The position numbers were made by a program, and so were the translations under genes. The notes below the pieces were generated by a model. It did not search any database. It saw only the letters and a list, made by a program, of their open reading frames with translations, and was not told where the DNA came from. Positions 38,195-51,100 of a stretch of DNA of 64,000 bases are shown here, in pieces. Location: the NCBI RefSeq assembly GCF_037042905.1, contig NC_087263.1, positions 6,696,001 through 6,760,000 of the forward strand. The letters run 5' to 3'. Each line of letters begins with the position of its first letter. Position 1 is the first letter of the stretch. This stretch comes from Lytechinus pictus. Taxonomy: Eukaryota.

Positions 38195-38693
38195 ACCCCA
38201 GAATAATGTTGATTTGAATAAAGAAAGAAAAATCAAACTAGCACAATGCTGAAAATTTCATCAAAATCGGATGTAAACTAAGAAAATTATGGCATTTTTA
38301 AGTTTGGCTTATTTTTCACAAATCAGTGATAATTTATTTACAACTCAGTGAAATGCAAGGAGTCAGTCGATGATGTCCATCACTCACTATTTCTTTTGTT
38401 TTTATTGTTTGAATCATACATTTTCATTTTTTTCAGATTTGACAATAAAGACTAACTTGAATGAACCATAATAGTACATGTATTAAACAATGCTAAATCC
38501 ACATGTTCAGGGATGAATTAATAGTTGTTTCACTTGATAATGAGGAGAAAATAAGAATATTTCATATAATAAAATACAAAAGAAATAGTGAGTGGATGAC
38601 GTCATCAGTCTCCTCATTTGCATATCGAACACTGGATGTGCATAGAACTGTTTTGTGAAATTAATTAACTTTTTGTGGGGTGGACTTGTCCTT
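38195..38693. mobile_element. Kolobok-like MITE upstream of the SRCR gene
   Basis: Family-internal sequence ending GGGGTGGACTTGTCCT|TTAA; contains TGACGTCA (38597) and ATTTGCAT (38616). Confidence 0.65.
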
Positions 38694-39222
38694 TAACAAT
38701 TGCAATATAAAGAAGATTTCTCTCTCTTTATTGTATTGTCCAAAACGGTTTGAAAACATGAATAATAGAGCCCTTCAAATGTTTTTTATGACGAGGAATC
38801 CATTTTGGCACAGATTTTCCACTTTAACCAATGTGCACATATATATAATCATGGTAATTAACATAATATACATTAACATAGTCGTCAAAACGACAGCGTA
38901 ACTCCAGCATGTTCAGACTAACCTGTGGGTGTAAAGCTGGATTGCAATGGAAAAGCAACATTAAAAACAAACACGCTAAATATAGGCTATAGGATAGGAC
39001 ACATTGCATCATTTTAGTGTTATCTTTATCATCATGATTGTAATTAGACCCCTGGGAATTAGACTACCGTTATATTATAGCAAATTCGAGGGGATTCGAG
39101 GCCTGACGTTGATGAGGACGGCGTCTTCCTTTTTTAGTCGCGCTCGCAGCTCGAAGCTGGACGAGAGGTCGCTAGTTATATCGTTGGTGAAAGCACAGGC
39201 ATCTGAAATCTGATCACCGGAA

Positions 39223-39230
39223 TATATAAG
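39223..39230 (+). promoter_or_regulatory. TATA box candidate of the SRCR gene
   Basis: TATATAAG about 85 nt upstream of the signal-peptide ATG. Confidence 0.45.
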
Positions 39231-39311
39231 CTACCGTATACGCTTGGCTGTGCTTTGATAGCGAGCTCGAATGCATTGACGACCGTGGACTGGAATTTGT
39301 AGACCACCAAG

Positions 39312-39420
39312 ATGTCCGCCGTCCATATAACTATGCAGTATACTTTCATTGTAATACTTCTAGGAGCGTGTACTCTCTCACTCTTTGCTGGTGCACAGAA
39401 TAGTATAACATCCGACAGCG
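39312..39420 (+). CDS. Multi-SRCR (DMBT1-like scavenger receptor) gene, signal-peptide exon
   Basis: aagATG; MSAVHITMQYTFIVILLGACTLSLFAGAQNSITSDS G|GTAAGT, phase 1. Confidence 0.8.
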
Positions 39421-39661
39421 GTAAGTGACTTGTTCAATATTGGATTGTGCAGGTACGGTATGAATAGGGGGTTCCATGTATGAGCGCTGATGTATAATAT
39501 GTACCTCTACTCAGTCTAGGCAACGAATGCAACGGACTACATAGGCTTGGGTATAATACCATGCACCATGGAGATCCATGATAATACTAACGCGTAGATT
39601 GTATGAGGGAGAGATAGATGATAGCACTGACTGTATAGCGAGTAGGGGGTATATATACTCC

Positions 39662-40572
39662 ATTTTCTTTCAAAATTACATGTCCCCATTCACATTGTAG
39701 ATAATACTGTTAGGGCCTATAGGGGCCATTTTGAATTTCACTATACAGCATTATCTTATGCATGACAAAAGAAAGGATATGTTTCGCTAGAAAACATGTT
39801 TACAGACATTATTTTACTCGGTGATCACAATTACATGCATTTTATAGTTCTTACTCTTGTGAAAATTGTACATAATGTATAATGGGCCTATGGCGGCCAT
39901 TTTGAATGTCAAGATACAGCATTTATCACATAAATTGCTTTTTTATTTCGTTAAAAATTATGTTTTTAGCCAGTATTCCACTCGCTTATCTTAATACTAG
40001 TAATATGCGTTTTAGTTCTCACTCTTGTGATTTTCTTTTGTCCCCATGAACATTTTACATAATACTGTCATGGCATTTGGTGGCTTTTTTAATATTAAAA
40101 TGCTTCATTTATTATATAAAATGACATAACAAATTATACATTTCGTTAGCAATCATGTTTTCATCCATTATTTCACTAAAAATCACAATTACTTGCATTT
40201 AGTGCTCACTTTTGAGAAATTTAGTTTTCCCCATTCACATTGTACATAATATAGAACACAGGGGTCTATGGCGGCCATTTTGAATATCTAGAAAATAATT
40301 TTTTGTCAAAAATCGTTTTTTCAGAGAGTATTTCACTCCTGCAACACAAATACATACATTTTATAACCAATGTGCGGGCAATTTTATGATTTTCGTGGGT
40401 AATTTGCATATTTTGGCGGCCATATTGGATTTTGCCAATTTCCGGAAAATGCTCAAGGTTACACGAGTGGCATCATTCAGATTCGTAATCAGCACCCTCG
40501 AATTGACAAGAAACCATAAAAAAATATTGTATACATGAAAAACAAGGTTTGGTCAGTTTTCTATGGGGCCTA
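39662..40572. mobile_element. One-ended DNA-transposon fragment with GGCGGCCATTTTGAA repeats
   Basis: Several GGC(G)GCCAT(T/A)TTG motifs and an apparent terminus GGTCAGTTTTCTATGGGGCC. Confidence 0.45.
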
Positions 40573-41153
40573 TCATGGACAATAACGCGTAGATTGTATA
40601 AGGGAGAGATAGATGATAGCACTGAGTGTATAGCGAGGAGAAGGGGGTATACTCCTTGGTATCTAGGGCAGCCAGAATGTCAAATGAATGGATATTTCTT
40701 GTTGTGGTGTATGTTATTCTATCTACTGCCAAAGCTGATCGATTGAGAATGACTGTGTCTATAGCAAGCAAAGCCAATATAGTCACAATAGCCTGCATTT
40801 TTACATGCAAGCATGATTATAACAAAGTTAGGATTAGGAATAGCGTCATAGTTTATTTGTCAGGCATGCCAGGGTCTGTGTATGCATGGACCATAGAGCT
40901 AATAGCTCTATGCATGGACCTATATAGGTGCATGGTATATGGAGGAGGAAGTCCCTGGGCCTTGTTAGAGGTGTGGGTGTGAGCAAAACAACAGAGTGTG
41001 AGTATTAAAGGGCCGAACGATTTTTTTTTATGGGATGGGATACTTATCTCCAGTCCTTGGTTTGTGTTCACTTTGTTGTCATCTATAGATTTGTTTTTTC
41101 TTATTCTACTGTAATTAAATGTAACATTTTTTCCTTACATATACATACCATCC

Positions 41154-41302
41154 NNNNNNNNNNNNNNNNNNNNNNNNNNNNNNNNNNNNNNNNNNNNNNN
41201 NNNNNNNNNNNNNNNNNNNNNNNNNNNNNNNNNNNNNNNNNNNNNNNNNNNNNNNNNNNNNNNNNNNNNNNNNNNNNNNNNNNNNNNNNNNNNNNNNNNN
41301 NN
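41154..41302. other. Assembly gap (N run)
   Basis: 149 N bases. Confidence 1.
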
Positions 41303-41376
41303 GGATTTATAAAGCGCTTTTTGCCTGAGGATACAAAGCGCTGCTATTATTACCCCGGCTTTAGCTCGAGCTACCA
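41303..41376 (-). mobile_element. SINE 3' fragment (same family as 62491)
   Basis: Reverse complement of AGCTCGAGCTAAAGCCGGGGTAATAATA...CGCTTTATAAAT. Confidence 0.6.
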
Positions 41377-41388
41377 TATATATAATAT

Positions 41389-41787
41389 TGTAGTAACCCT
41401 TAGCCCGCCTGAGGTATAGACACAGAGACGAGGGTTAACCTTGATCCCTTGTTCAGTCCTTAAAATCCGAGCCTGGTAAGTATATCCTCAGAGTCTCCAT
41501 ACATGACGAAGCTGCTGATGATGACCGATACGCGATGCGGGCGATGGCTACCACTAGATGCCCATTGACTCGACGTGTATTCTCTCAAGACTTAATAACT
41601 GACAAACTGTGTACTCTGAAACTCACTGACTGACTGGAACCAACAACTGACTGAACTTTATAAACTGAGAAACTTACTTTGATGACTCGGAGCTCGGGGC
41701 TATTTATAAGCTTATGGCGTGGTCGCACGCATGGTCCGTCGCGGCACTACTGAGGTCACGACCCACGATCCAGCCACGATCTCCACA
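41389..41787 (-). mobile_element. 3' LTR of a third LTR family (antisense in SRCR intron 1)
   Basis: Minus strand TGTGGAG...ACTACA, preceded by PPT GGTTGGGAGGAA; internal TATAAATA at about 41701-41708. Confidence 0.55.
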
Positions 41788-43102
41788 TTCCTCCCAACCA
41801 TAAAAAACAAGGGGACATTAAAAGATTAAAAGGGGAATTAAACATCACCTTTGTCTTGGGTCGGACCCATTCCTCCGATCCCGGATCGTTTCCCTGATAT
41901 TCTCCAGTTTCGATGGATACTAATTTATCAGCATGTAGGTCAAAAGGATCAAGCCTTTTACACCCCTTATATGAAATACTCTCCTCTGAGAGTTTAATAT
42001 ATTTGGTTGAGAGTCTGCGAATTAAAGTGGCACACTATAATTTTGTGATATTAAGGGGCAGATCCATTATTGTTAAATAGGGGATGGGGCTTAAAACCCA
42101 ATTTTTCATGTAAATTTTCGGCTGAAGACTTAATTTAAAGTAATTCTGAGACTTTTTATCCCACATTGTTTTTCATGTATATCTCGTCAATCTTGAATTT
42201 GACAATGACTGCGCGAAATGCATTTTTTGGCATATTCTATTGACCTGAAATGGGACAGTTTAAGAAAGATAATGTTGAACTTGATTCATTTGTCACGAAG
42301 GCAGGACGAGAACTGAAATATGTTTATTTAAAAAAAAACACGTCCTTACCTATTGAGCATATTTTGTAATCGTAAATGGGATAAATATTTCAGGATATTA
42401 GACAAATAACGATAACATAACTCCTCTGGGAAAGAAGCATATTGTATATTCGTGAAGAAAGGATACATTTATCTCCGGAATATCTAATTGATGAAATGAA
42501 TTGACTAAAATTTTTTATAATCCTTTTGAATAGGAAATGTATCTCATTAGACGGGTAAATGCAAACGCAAACGGAAGTTTGGTATAATGTCCTGCATTAT
42601 TATTTTTTTCAATTAATTGGCAAGATCTATCCGTCTCTTATTTTCAGAAGTTAAAGTGCTGATATTCAAAGAATATTGAATGGGACCATTTAATTGTCAT
42701 CAATAAAAGAGCAGTGGTTCGGGTTTTCATGAATACTTTAATACTTGTGCCTCTGAATAATGTCAATGTCCTACCAACAAGTTCCACCCCCCCCCCCCTA
42801 AGTTTGACAAGACACAGTAAGCAAATTATGAAGATTGTATTTATAAATATCAAATACATTATAACGTTCAAAAAGAAGGATTTGGTTCCAACTTACTTAC
42901 ATTTCGGTGGACGTTTGCAATAAGGAGTAAGTCCCTTCAATACCCGGGGGAGGGGTGTTCGTTGCTGTTGCATGCATGTTAGACTGAGATTATCCTTCCT
43001 TTTACTTACATGTTGAAGATAGTAATGGATTAATGGTAGAAAACACGATTGGCAGGAATCTGTTTGACACTTTCCCTCTTTTCTGCTCTGCCCTCATCAT
43101 AG

Positions 43103-43429
43103 ATGCAGTCCCGTGGTCAGTTCGTCTGGTTGGTGGTATCTACGAATCCGAAGGCAGGGTTGAAGTTTTCCAAGACAGCCAATGGGTGACAATATGCGAT
43201 AGTCTTTGGAGTATTGAAGAAGCGACTGTTGTCTGTCGTCAGCTGAATTACAGTGGAGCTGACCTGGCATTGGTGGCAGGGCTGTTCGTCGGAGGTCAAG
43301 GAGCCGTGGGGCTGACGAACATGGAATGTAACGGAATGGAAAGCAACCTCTCAACCTGTAAATACGATCTTGTGGAAGATACAAGGTGTGGGCATTCCAG
43401 AGATGCTGGTGTCGTCTGCACGAGTCAGG
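43103..43429 (+). CDS. SRCR domain 1 exon
   Basis: VRLVGG...EGRVEV...WVTICD...VVCRQL...C...C...C..DAGVVC; phase 1-1. Confidence 0.92.
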
Positions 43430-43715
43430 GTAAGACTGAAGCGCCACACTTCGCCCCGAATTCACTGCATCGAACTTTGCAGAATCCGCCTTCATGAATT
43501 CATGCCTTTGAATTGCTAATCGTTTGGAAGTTGGTTCAGTTTAGACGCACAATTGTTAATTTGCACTGTATTGCATTTTAATTGAAATGTCTTCGGGTTC
43601 TTTTCTTTAATTACAGGTCTACATTAGACCCCAAACCTCAATCATCACCTATACTATAGCTTATAGGTAGGCATTCGATTTAATAGGATTTCTTGGTAAA
43701 CTGAAAACTCGATCT

Positions 43716-43880
43716 GGTGGGTGTTTCATAAAGCTGTTCGTAAGTTAAGAGCGACTTTAAGAAAGAAAGGTGATCCCGTCTTGTATATTCATTAGGCTCA
43801 GCGATGGTTTAGCGCATTAGAAAGGATCACCAGTTGTTCTTAAATTCACTCTTACGAAGAGCTTTATGAAACGGCCCCCT
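43716..43880. mobile_element. Harbinger-like MITE
   Basis: GGTGTTTCATAAAGCTGTTCGTAAG...CTTACGAAGAGCTTTATGAAACGGCC. Confidence 0.6.
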
Positions 43881-43958
43881 GATATACAAGTATTTCACCT
43901 GTATGCGCACCCACATTTACATGTCATCTCCCTTTTTTCTTTCTTTTGCTAAAAACAG

Positions 43959-44300
43959 GAAGTCTTCGTCTAGCAAACGGAACCGTTCCTGGAGAAGGTC
44001 GTGTTGAAATTCTTGGAGGATCTGGAGAATGGGGAACAATATGTGACGATTTGTGGGATAAGATTGACGCAGGAGTGGCGTGTAGGCAACTAGGGTATCC
44101 AGATGCTTTAGACGCCTTGGTAAATCGGAACTATCCCAACTCGCAGCCGTACTTTGGTCCTGGAACTGGTACTATTCTTCTTGACGGACTTTCCTGTACT
44201 AGCGACAAGCGGCATTTGAGAGACTGCAGTGTAACCAAAGGCTGGGGGACCCACGACTGTGGACATGGGGAAGACGCGGGTATGGAATGCGACACCAAAC
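43959..44300 (+). CDS. SRCR domain 2 exon
   Basis: LRLANG...EGRVEI...WGTICDDLW...VACRQLGY...DAGMEC; phase 1-1. Confidence 0.92.
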
Positions 44301-44629
44301 GTAGGTCCTCTCTTGTTGCATCTTTGCCCATTGTCATTTTACTTTTTACCCAAGGCTGATTTTCATGTTGAAAGATTTGTTAGGTCGGGAATCTGTTCTA
44401 AAAGAGAATCATGTTTAATACTCAATTGGAATAATAGCAACCGTCATTGACTTTCGACATTAGGCTGATCAATCTCTTACATAAAATTTGAATGTGAAGA
44501 AAAAGTAATAGTTTTGAACTGGATTGTGATTTGGTCATCTCTTCAATTGAATTTTTCTGAAATTAATCCTTACACCAATACCTTTCCCTCTCTTTTTAAG
44601 AATTAATCTTATCTTATGGTGATTCACAG

Positions 44630-44938
44630 TTACACGACTTGTAGATGGAGATTACGATGATGAAGGTCGGATCGAGGTTTACTATGGGGGTAGGTGGGGA
44701 AGAATATGCCCTACCGAATGGTCCGTTGAGGATGCCCACGTTGCCTGCAGAGAATTAGGATACCCCCTTGGAGCTAGGAACACAAAGCTTTTTGATGGGG
44801 GCGATGGACCGTTTCTAATGGACGATATGCAATGTGAAGGGAATGAGACCCGATTGACTGACTGCGTATTCCCTGGTTTCGCCAACGTACAAAACTGTGC
44901 TGAAGACCACACGCACGGAGCAGGCGTTATCTGCAATA
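44630..44938 (+). CDS. SRCR domain 3 exon
   Basis: Not in the ORF track. Reads RLVDGDYDDEGRIEVYYGGRWGRICPTEW...VACRELGY...CEGNE...AGVIC; A|GTAAG donor. Confidence 0.92.
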
Positions 44939-46572
44939 GTAAGTCGAATAATTCCAATATTTCCTAGATTTTAGAGTTGTCATATCATATGATAAAATGA
45001 TATCTTGCCCTGAGTGATGATAATTGGTTTCATTTAATACTGAAAAAAAATGAAGTAAACAAATACAAAAGGGGCCTGTCTAGTACCCACTGTCATGAGA
45101 AAGTTTTTGATCCATTAAAACTTTGTATACGATCAACGCGATTGCCATGACTGATCTTATAAATAAAATAATAAATGGTGGTGATTTTACCTGACTGCTA
45201 AGAAAGCATGAATGCTTGTAAGCACGAAACAAGAGGACCGACGGCTTAAGGTCCTCTGCGAGGGACCTGGTAATGAGGATTTAAATGCCAAATGGCACTA
45301 GCGCACAAACCCCCACTCTACCGACTGATCTGATGCGATCTGATGCGGGCAGATACGTTCACTACGATTAGGCCCTACTCCACGATTAAGACCAATGTTT
45401 AGTCATGGTGTGAATCGTGGTTGTGAGATTTTAGATAAACATATAAGACCAGACAACCAATAACAGAGTTGTGGATGTATCAAATAAACGCTGATATTTC
45501 CTTACGTTCTTTATTGGTTGCAATGTTTCAGGGAATTGTAAGTAGCGAGTTTCCGCAACGGCAACGGGGACAGATTCTACAACATAGTAAATCGATTGAA
45601 AATGCCCGTCAAATCTCTATGAACAGCTGAGATCCCTTTGTTGAAAATTGGTGAACCGGGACAGCTGGTCATCTTAAAATTCTGAGCTGACGAATAATTG
45701 CAAACGCGTCGTTTGTCCAAAGTCACACACAGCACAGCTGTTTTGATTCACCTATTTTCAACAAAGAATGCTATGTCATAAGGGGATTTTGACAATAGAT
45801 TCTCTACGTTCCAGAAAGCGTCTGCGTAGTGGCTGGGACAACTCCCTAGTGAGAAGGGATTCTAGTACGCTCAGGCAGCAAGAATCGAAACAAGTCACTA
45901 AAGTCTCGTTGGAGATTTATTGTCTCCCACTTTGGGCCTACTCAGTATTGCTCTGTACTCATGTCAGTCTTAACCTCAGGTGGCAAAGTAGGGAAATCCA
46001 AATACATGATATCATTTACAGAGGGAATATTTTTACCTGACTGAAAACAAATAGATCAAAGCAATATTCAAAAGTGCGATGTTGATCAAAGCATTCCCAT
46101 GATCGCTATACCCCTATAATGTACAGTCCAAGAACTTCGTCCCATGAAGATTTTGTTACGTTATTATAAATCAACAGGGACCCTGAAAAGGTTTTCATAT
46201 CACAGTCATAATGAAAACTGATGGAAGCGGCTTGACTACAATTCACATTTTCTTGAATGGAGGCAGAGATGTAAATCGTTTTTATTGGGGGTATACAGAT
46301 CTTTGTTAAAAGATAAACATGGAAGTATGATGTAGCACTCCATTATGGAGAAATATATTACTGTTATAGTGAGACTTCCTTCATTCCACGAAATGCCACG
46401 AGACGGTAACCCATAGGCACTGCTTCAATGACTCAAAGAATGACAATTCCTTTGATTGTCCAACATAATCACTTCGGAGTTTAGTAAGCAGGTAGCTACA
46501 TGTATGAGGTGATTTGGACGTTGTTACCTTGCCATATTGTTTCTATTTACCCCCCCCCCCCGAAAACTACAG

Positions 46573-46899
46573 AGCCTTCAGCTGTTGTAAAACTCCTGAG
46601 CGGATCCGGTAGTTTCGAAGGCATCGTTGAATACCGAATTGAATCTGAGCCTGGTCTGATTTGCGATTCGGATTGGAGTGATAAAGAAGCAGATGTTCTC
46701 TGTCGACAATTAGGATACCAGCATGGATCCAATGAAAAGCCTGTTTCTCTTGGTCCATTATCTGGGACCATCTATTACCATGACTATCATTGCATCGGAA
46801 CAGAAGACCAGATAGGAGACTGTACGTTTACAGTAGTGCCCAGAGCTGACCGATGCGACCCTGACCATATAGCGCAGGTTGTTTGTGGGCCACCAATCG
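46573..46899 (+). CDS. SRCR domain 4 exon
   Basis: VKLLSG...EGIVE...LICDSDW...LCRQLGY...C.GTE..IGDC...AQVVC; phase 1-1. Confidence 0.9.
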
Positions 46900-47641
46900 G
46901 TGAGTACGGTGGCGTAAATATTCAAAGTTCGTCTTCATTCATCCAAGTCAGAAATCTTTTCGTTCACAACTTCCAAGTGAAAATAATAAACATACCGTAT
47001 TAAACATATGAAGCTATTCTGACATAAAAATATACACAGTGAAATTGAACACATGTTTACATAATAGATACAAGCAAATACTGCACATAAAGCCTCCATT
47101 TTATTTATCTATATTTGTAAGGCATTAAAGGGCCATGAATCCACACTCATTAAAGTCGGTGTATTAAAGTAGGCATGTATGTGATCACGCATTGGACGCA
47201 ATTTTGTTTTCAAACCGTCCAGATGTCTACATGTATGTCCTTTCTGTTTTTAAGGGTAGTCTCGTTTTCTCTATGGTAGGCTGTCTTATAACATAGAGCT
47301 TTTGGTTTAAATTCTGGAGTCGTTTTCGTCGAGGAACGACTTGATATAAAGTGGTACCTCAACTAGAGGCTGCGATCATAGCAATAAGAGCCAGCATGAA
47401 GAGCGGCTAGAATGATAGATCGTGATTAGGATAATACCATATAATAAGAGGTACATATTCATGATTCATGCTTACGAGCATTCCAAACCAAGAGTTATCG
47501 TCATCACCTCATTTGAAATCGTTAAAATATATTAACAGGAAGGATACCTTCAAACGTGTCAAATATAAAATAACGATCCTATTTTGGTGATTTGATATCA
47601 TAGTGATAAAGGCATGATTATTTTCTTCTTTTTTATGTCAG

Positions 47642-47968
47642 ACTTTGACCTTCGAATGACCGGAAACAGATTCAGTGAGCAAGGTCGTCTTGAGGTCTTT
47701 CTCAAAGGCGAGTGGGGCTATGTAGCTGCAGGATACTTTTCACGTGATTCCCAAGATACAGCGTGTCGCCATCTTGGCTTTGCAGGAGCTCTGTACGATA
47801 TATACGACGATTTCGAATTTGCACGGTCTTCTCGGCCGATTCTTATAGACAATATAATGTGTTCTGATAGCGATATGAAGATAAACGATTGCTACAGACT
47901 AGAGTTGAGTGGACCCAATTCGACCCGCCAACAATCGGATGAAGTCAGTGTGTTATGTTTTCCATATG
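47642..47968 (+). CDS. SRCR domain 5 exon (divergent)
   Basis: LRMTG...QGRLEVF..GEWGYV...ACRHLGF...C...DC...VSVLC; the first conserved Cys and its C-terminal partner are absent. Confidence 0.88.
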
Positions 47969-48194
47969 GTAAAAAAGAATTATGTGATGTTTACACTTTG
48001 ACGACATAATTAATACTTGTATTCTTAAAACAATTCTAAAGGACAAGTCCACCCCAACAAAAAGTTGACAAGCACAATACTGAAAATTTTATCAAAATCG
48101 GATGTAAAATAAGAAAGTTACGACATTGTTAAGTTTCTCTTAATTTCACAAATAGTTATATGCGCATCCTGGTCTGCATGCAAATGAGAGAATG

Positions 48195-51100
48195 CATAGG
48201 CGGATCCAGCTTTTGGCGAAAGGGGGGGGGGGCGCACTGCCGAGCGGCGCACATATTTTTGCACTTCACCGGCGCCATAAAAGAAAATGTTGAAAAAGGG
48301 GTAACGTCTGACCCTGTCAAATGCTCTTTTCAAAATGTAGGATTTCCAGTCATGCCATTTTGCATGACCACACGCAGATAATATTTCCGGGGGGGGGGGG
48401 GGCAAGACTCGAAAATTTGGTGCACATTTCACATTTGCACATTTTTCATAGTTTTCATGAAATGTTAAGGGGAAAAAAAATGTTTTTCACAACAGCAGAT
48501 CGCGAATGTGCCCCCCCCCTTCCCCCTTGCTGCGTACGACCATTCCCTGAAGTCCACTTAAACATATCTCATTATAACAGATATATACATCAATTTAAAC
48601 ATATAATCTTTCTAAAACATATATAGAGAGATATTGAAAAACTTATTAAAGAAAGAAACAAGCAAAAAGTAACACAAATTATGCATGTTATGTGCGATTT
48701 CGAAATCTCGTTGATTAACCCTTTTATAGCGATGAGGCCAATACTTTCGAATATTAATAGAGATACAAGTTTTTTTTAACTTTATGTATATACATATACA
48801 CAGGGGCGTCGATCATTTTTTTAAGATTTGGGGGGCAAAATCATGAATCAACTTTCCAAAGGCGCTCGATATCACACAAAACAAACAAACTCACACAAAC
48901 ACACATATATGCATATATATGTATATTTATATGACTCATGAGATAGAAACACATATCTCACCAACAAATTAATACGAGCGCGAAGCGCGATCTGAAATTT
49001 TTTAGTATACTGACCTGAAAACAGGAAAAAGGTGCCTGTTTAGGACTGTTTGTTGTTACTCATGAGGAGGATACATATCTTACTACACAGATAATGCGAG
49101 TGCCGAGGGCGAGCTGAAATTTCTTTATATTCTGACAAGAAAGCTTGATATTCTATCCATTTTTGGTACCAATGATTAAGATGGGTATCTAAAAAAACAA
49201 TAGATGCGAGCGCGAAGCGCGAGCTTAAAATTTTGATATTTCGATCTGAAAAAAAATGACAGTTTAATGGACGTTTGTAATAAAGAACAAGATTATATCC
49301 AGCAAAAGATTATTGCAAATCGAAGCGGGAGTTCTTTTGACGTTAAGTCCTGAAAAAGGGACATTCTATTCACCTATTTAATCATGAAAAGTATGGGGTT
49401 TTGCTACAAAAAGGATGCGAGCGCCAAGCGCGAGCTGAAAATTTTTATATTCCAATCTGAGAAGCGGATAATTTAAGCACGATTTTAAATAAAGAACGAG
49501 TTGTGTAGCTCAAACTCAATATACGACTGGTTGCGTAATTATACACTCCCGGTACTAGCAACGGGTTTTAGCAAAGTTTTGGGCTAAAATATCGAATCAT
49601 CTTCATAAAACACGATAGTAGCTGTCTTAAACTAAAGGCCTTAGAGGTGGCACAATGTGGAATGTGTAAAGAAGAAAAGTGACTGACCTTCTTTTTATTA
49701 AAGCATTGGAAAATAAGATCAAAATTAAAGGATTTTCTCTACGCTTTTGTATGATTCTGGGATTTTTAAAATAAATTAAAGATTTCATGACATCTGTCAT
49801 TCTGTGGGCAACTGCCCCGCCCCAGTCCACTCTGTAAGGGCATGCGATAAGCTTTGTTATGACCATTCAACAATGAAATGTATAACCAGGTGCCGCTGAT
49901 CATTCTTGACCGGCGCCGATCTAGATTTGGTTGGCAATAGGCCCTTCTTCATTATTCTACCGGCGCCTATTTATTGAAACCAGGGGACGCTGATTATTCT
50001 TGACCTGCGCCGATTTAGAACAAGTAGTGCTGATTATTTTTACCGACGTCACGTAAGATTCAGGCAGCGGCAATTCATAATTGACTGGCGCCGATTTAGA
50101 ACCAGGAGGCGCCGATTATTCTTGACTGGCGCCGATTTTTAACCAGGTGGTGCTGATTATTCTTGTCCGGCGCCGATTTCGATTTAGGTGGAGCTGATTA
50201 TTCTTGATCGGCGCCGGTTAAGAACTCAGGCAGCGTCGATTTTTCTGTACCGGCGCCGATTTATAACCAGATGGCGCCGATTATTTTTATCTGGTGCCGA
50301 TTTAGATTTAGGTGGCGCAGATTATCCTTGATCGGCGCCGGTTAAGACTCTGGCAGTGCCGATTTTTCTTTACCGGCGCCGATTTATAACCAGATGGCGC
50401 CGTTTATTCTTGCCCGGCGCCGATTTAGATTTAGGTGGAGCTGATTATTCTTGATCGGCGCCGGTTAAGACTCTGGCAGCGCCGATTTGTAACCAGATGG
50501 CGCTGATTATTCTTGTCCGGTTTAGATTTAGGTGGCGCTGATTATCCTTGATCGGCAGCGGTTAAGAACTCAGGCAGCGTCGATTTTTCTGTACCGGCGC
50601 CGATTTATAACCAGATGGCGCCGATTATTTTTATCTGGTGCCGATTTAGATTTAGGTGGCGCAGATTATCCTTGATCGGCGCCGGTTAAGACTCTGGCAG
50701 TGCTGATTTTTCTGTACCGGCGCCCATTTATAACCAGATGGCGCCGATTATTTTTATCTGGTGCCGATTTAGATTTAGGTGGTGCAGATTATCCTTGATC
50801 GGCGCCGGTTAAGACTCTGGCAGCGCCGATTTGTAACCAGATGGCGCTGATTATTCTTGTCCGGTTTAGATTTAGGTTGCGCTGATTATCCTTGATCGGC
50901 AGCGGTTAAGAACTCAGGCAGCGTCGATTTTTCTGTACCGGCGCCGATTTATAACCAGATGGCGCCGATTATTTTTATCTGGTGCCGATTTAGATTTAGG
51001 TGGCGCAGATTATCCTTGATCGGCGCCGGTTAAGACTCTGGCAGTGCTGATTTTTCTGTACCGGCGCCCATTTATAACCAGATGGCGCCGATTTAGATTT

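Noticed and set aside
43617-43666. Small exon between SRCR domains 1 and 2 (TTACAG|...|GTAGG)
   Set aside because: The required phase-1 frame hits TAG, and the only open frame has incompatible phases.
45225-45335. SINE-like fragment on the minus strand
   Set aside because: Too decayed and internally deleted to set boundaries or family with confidence.
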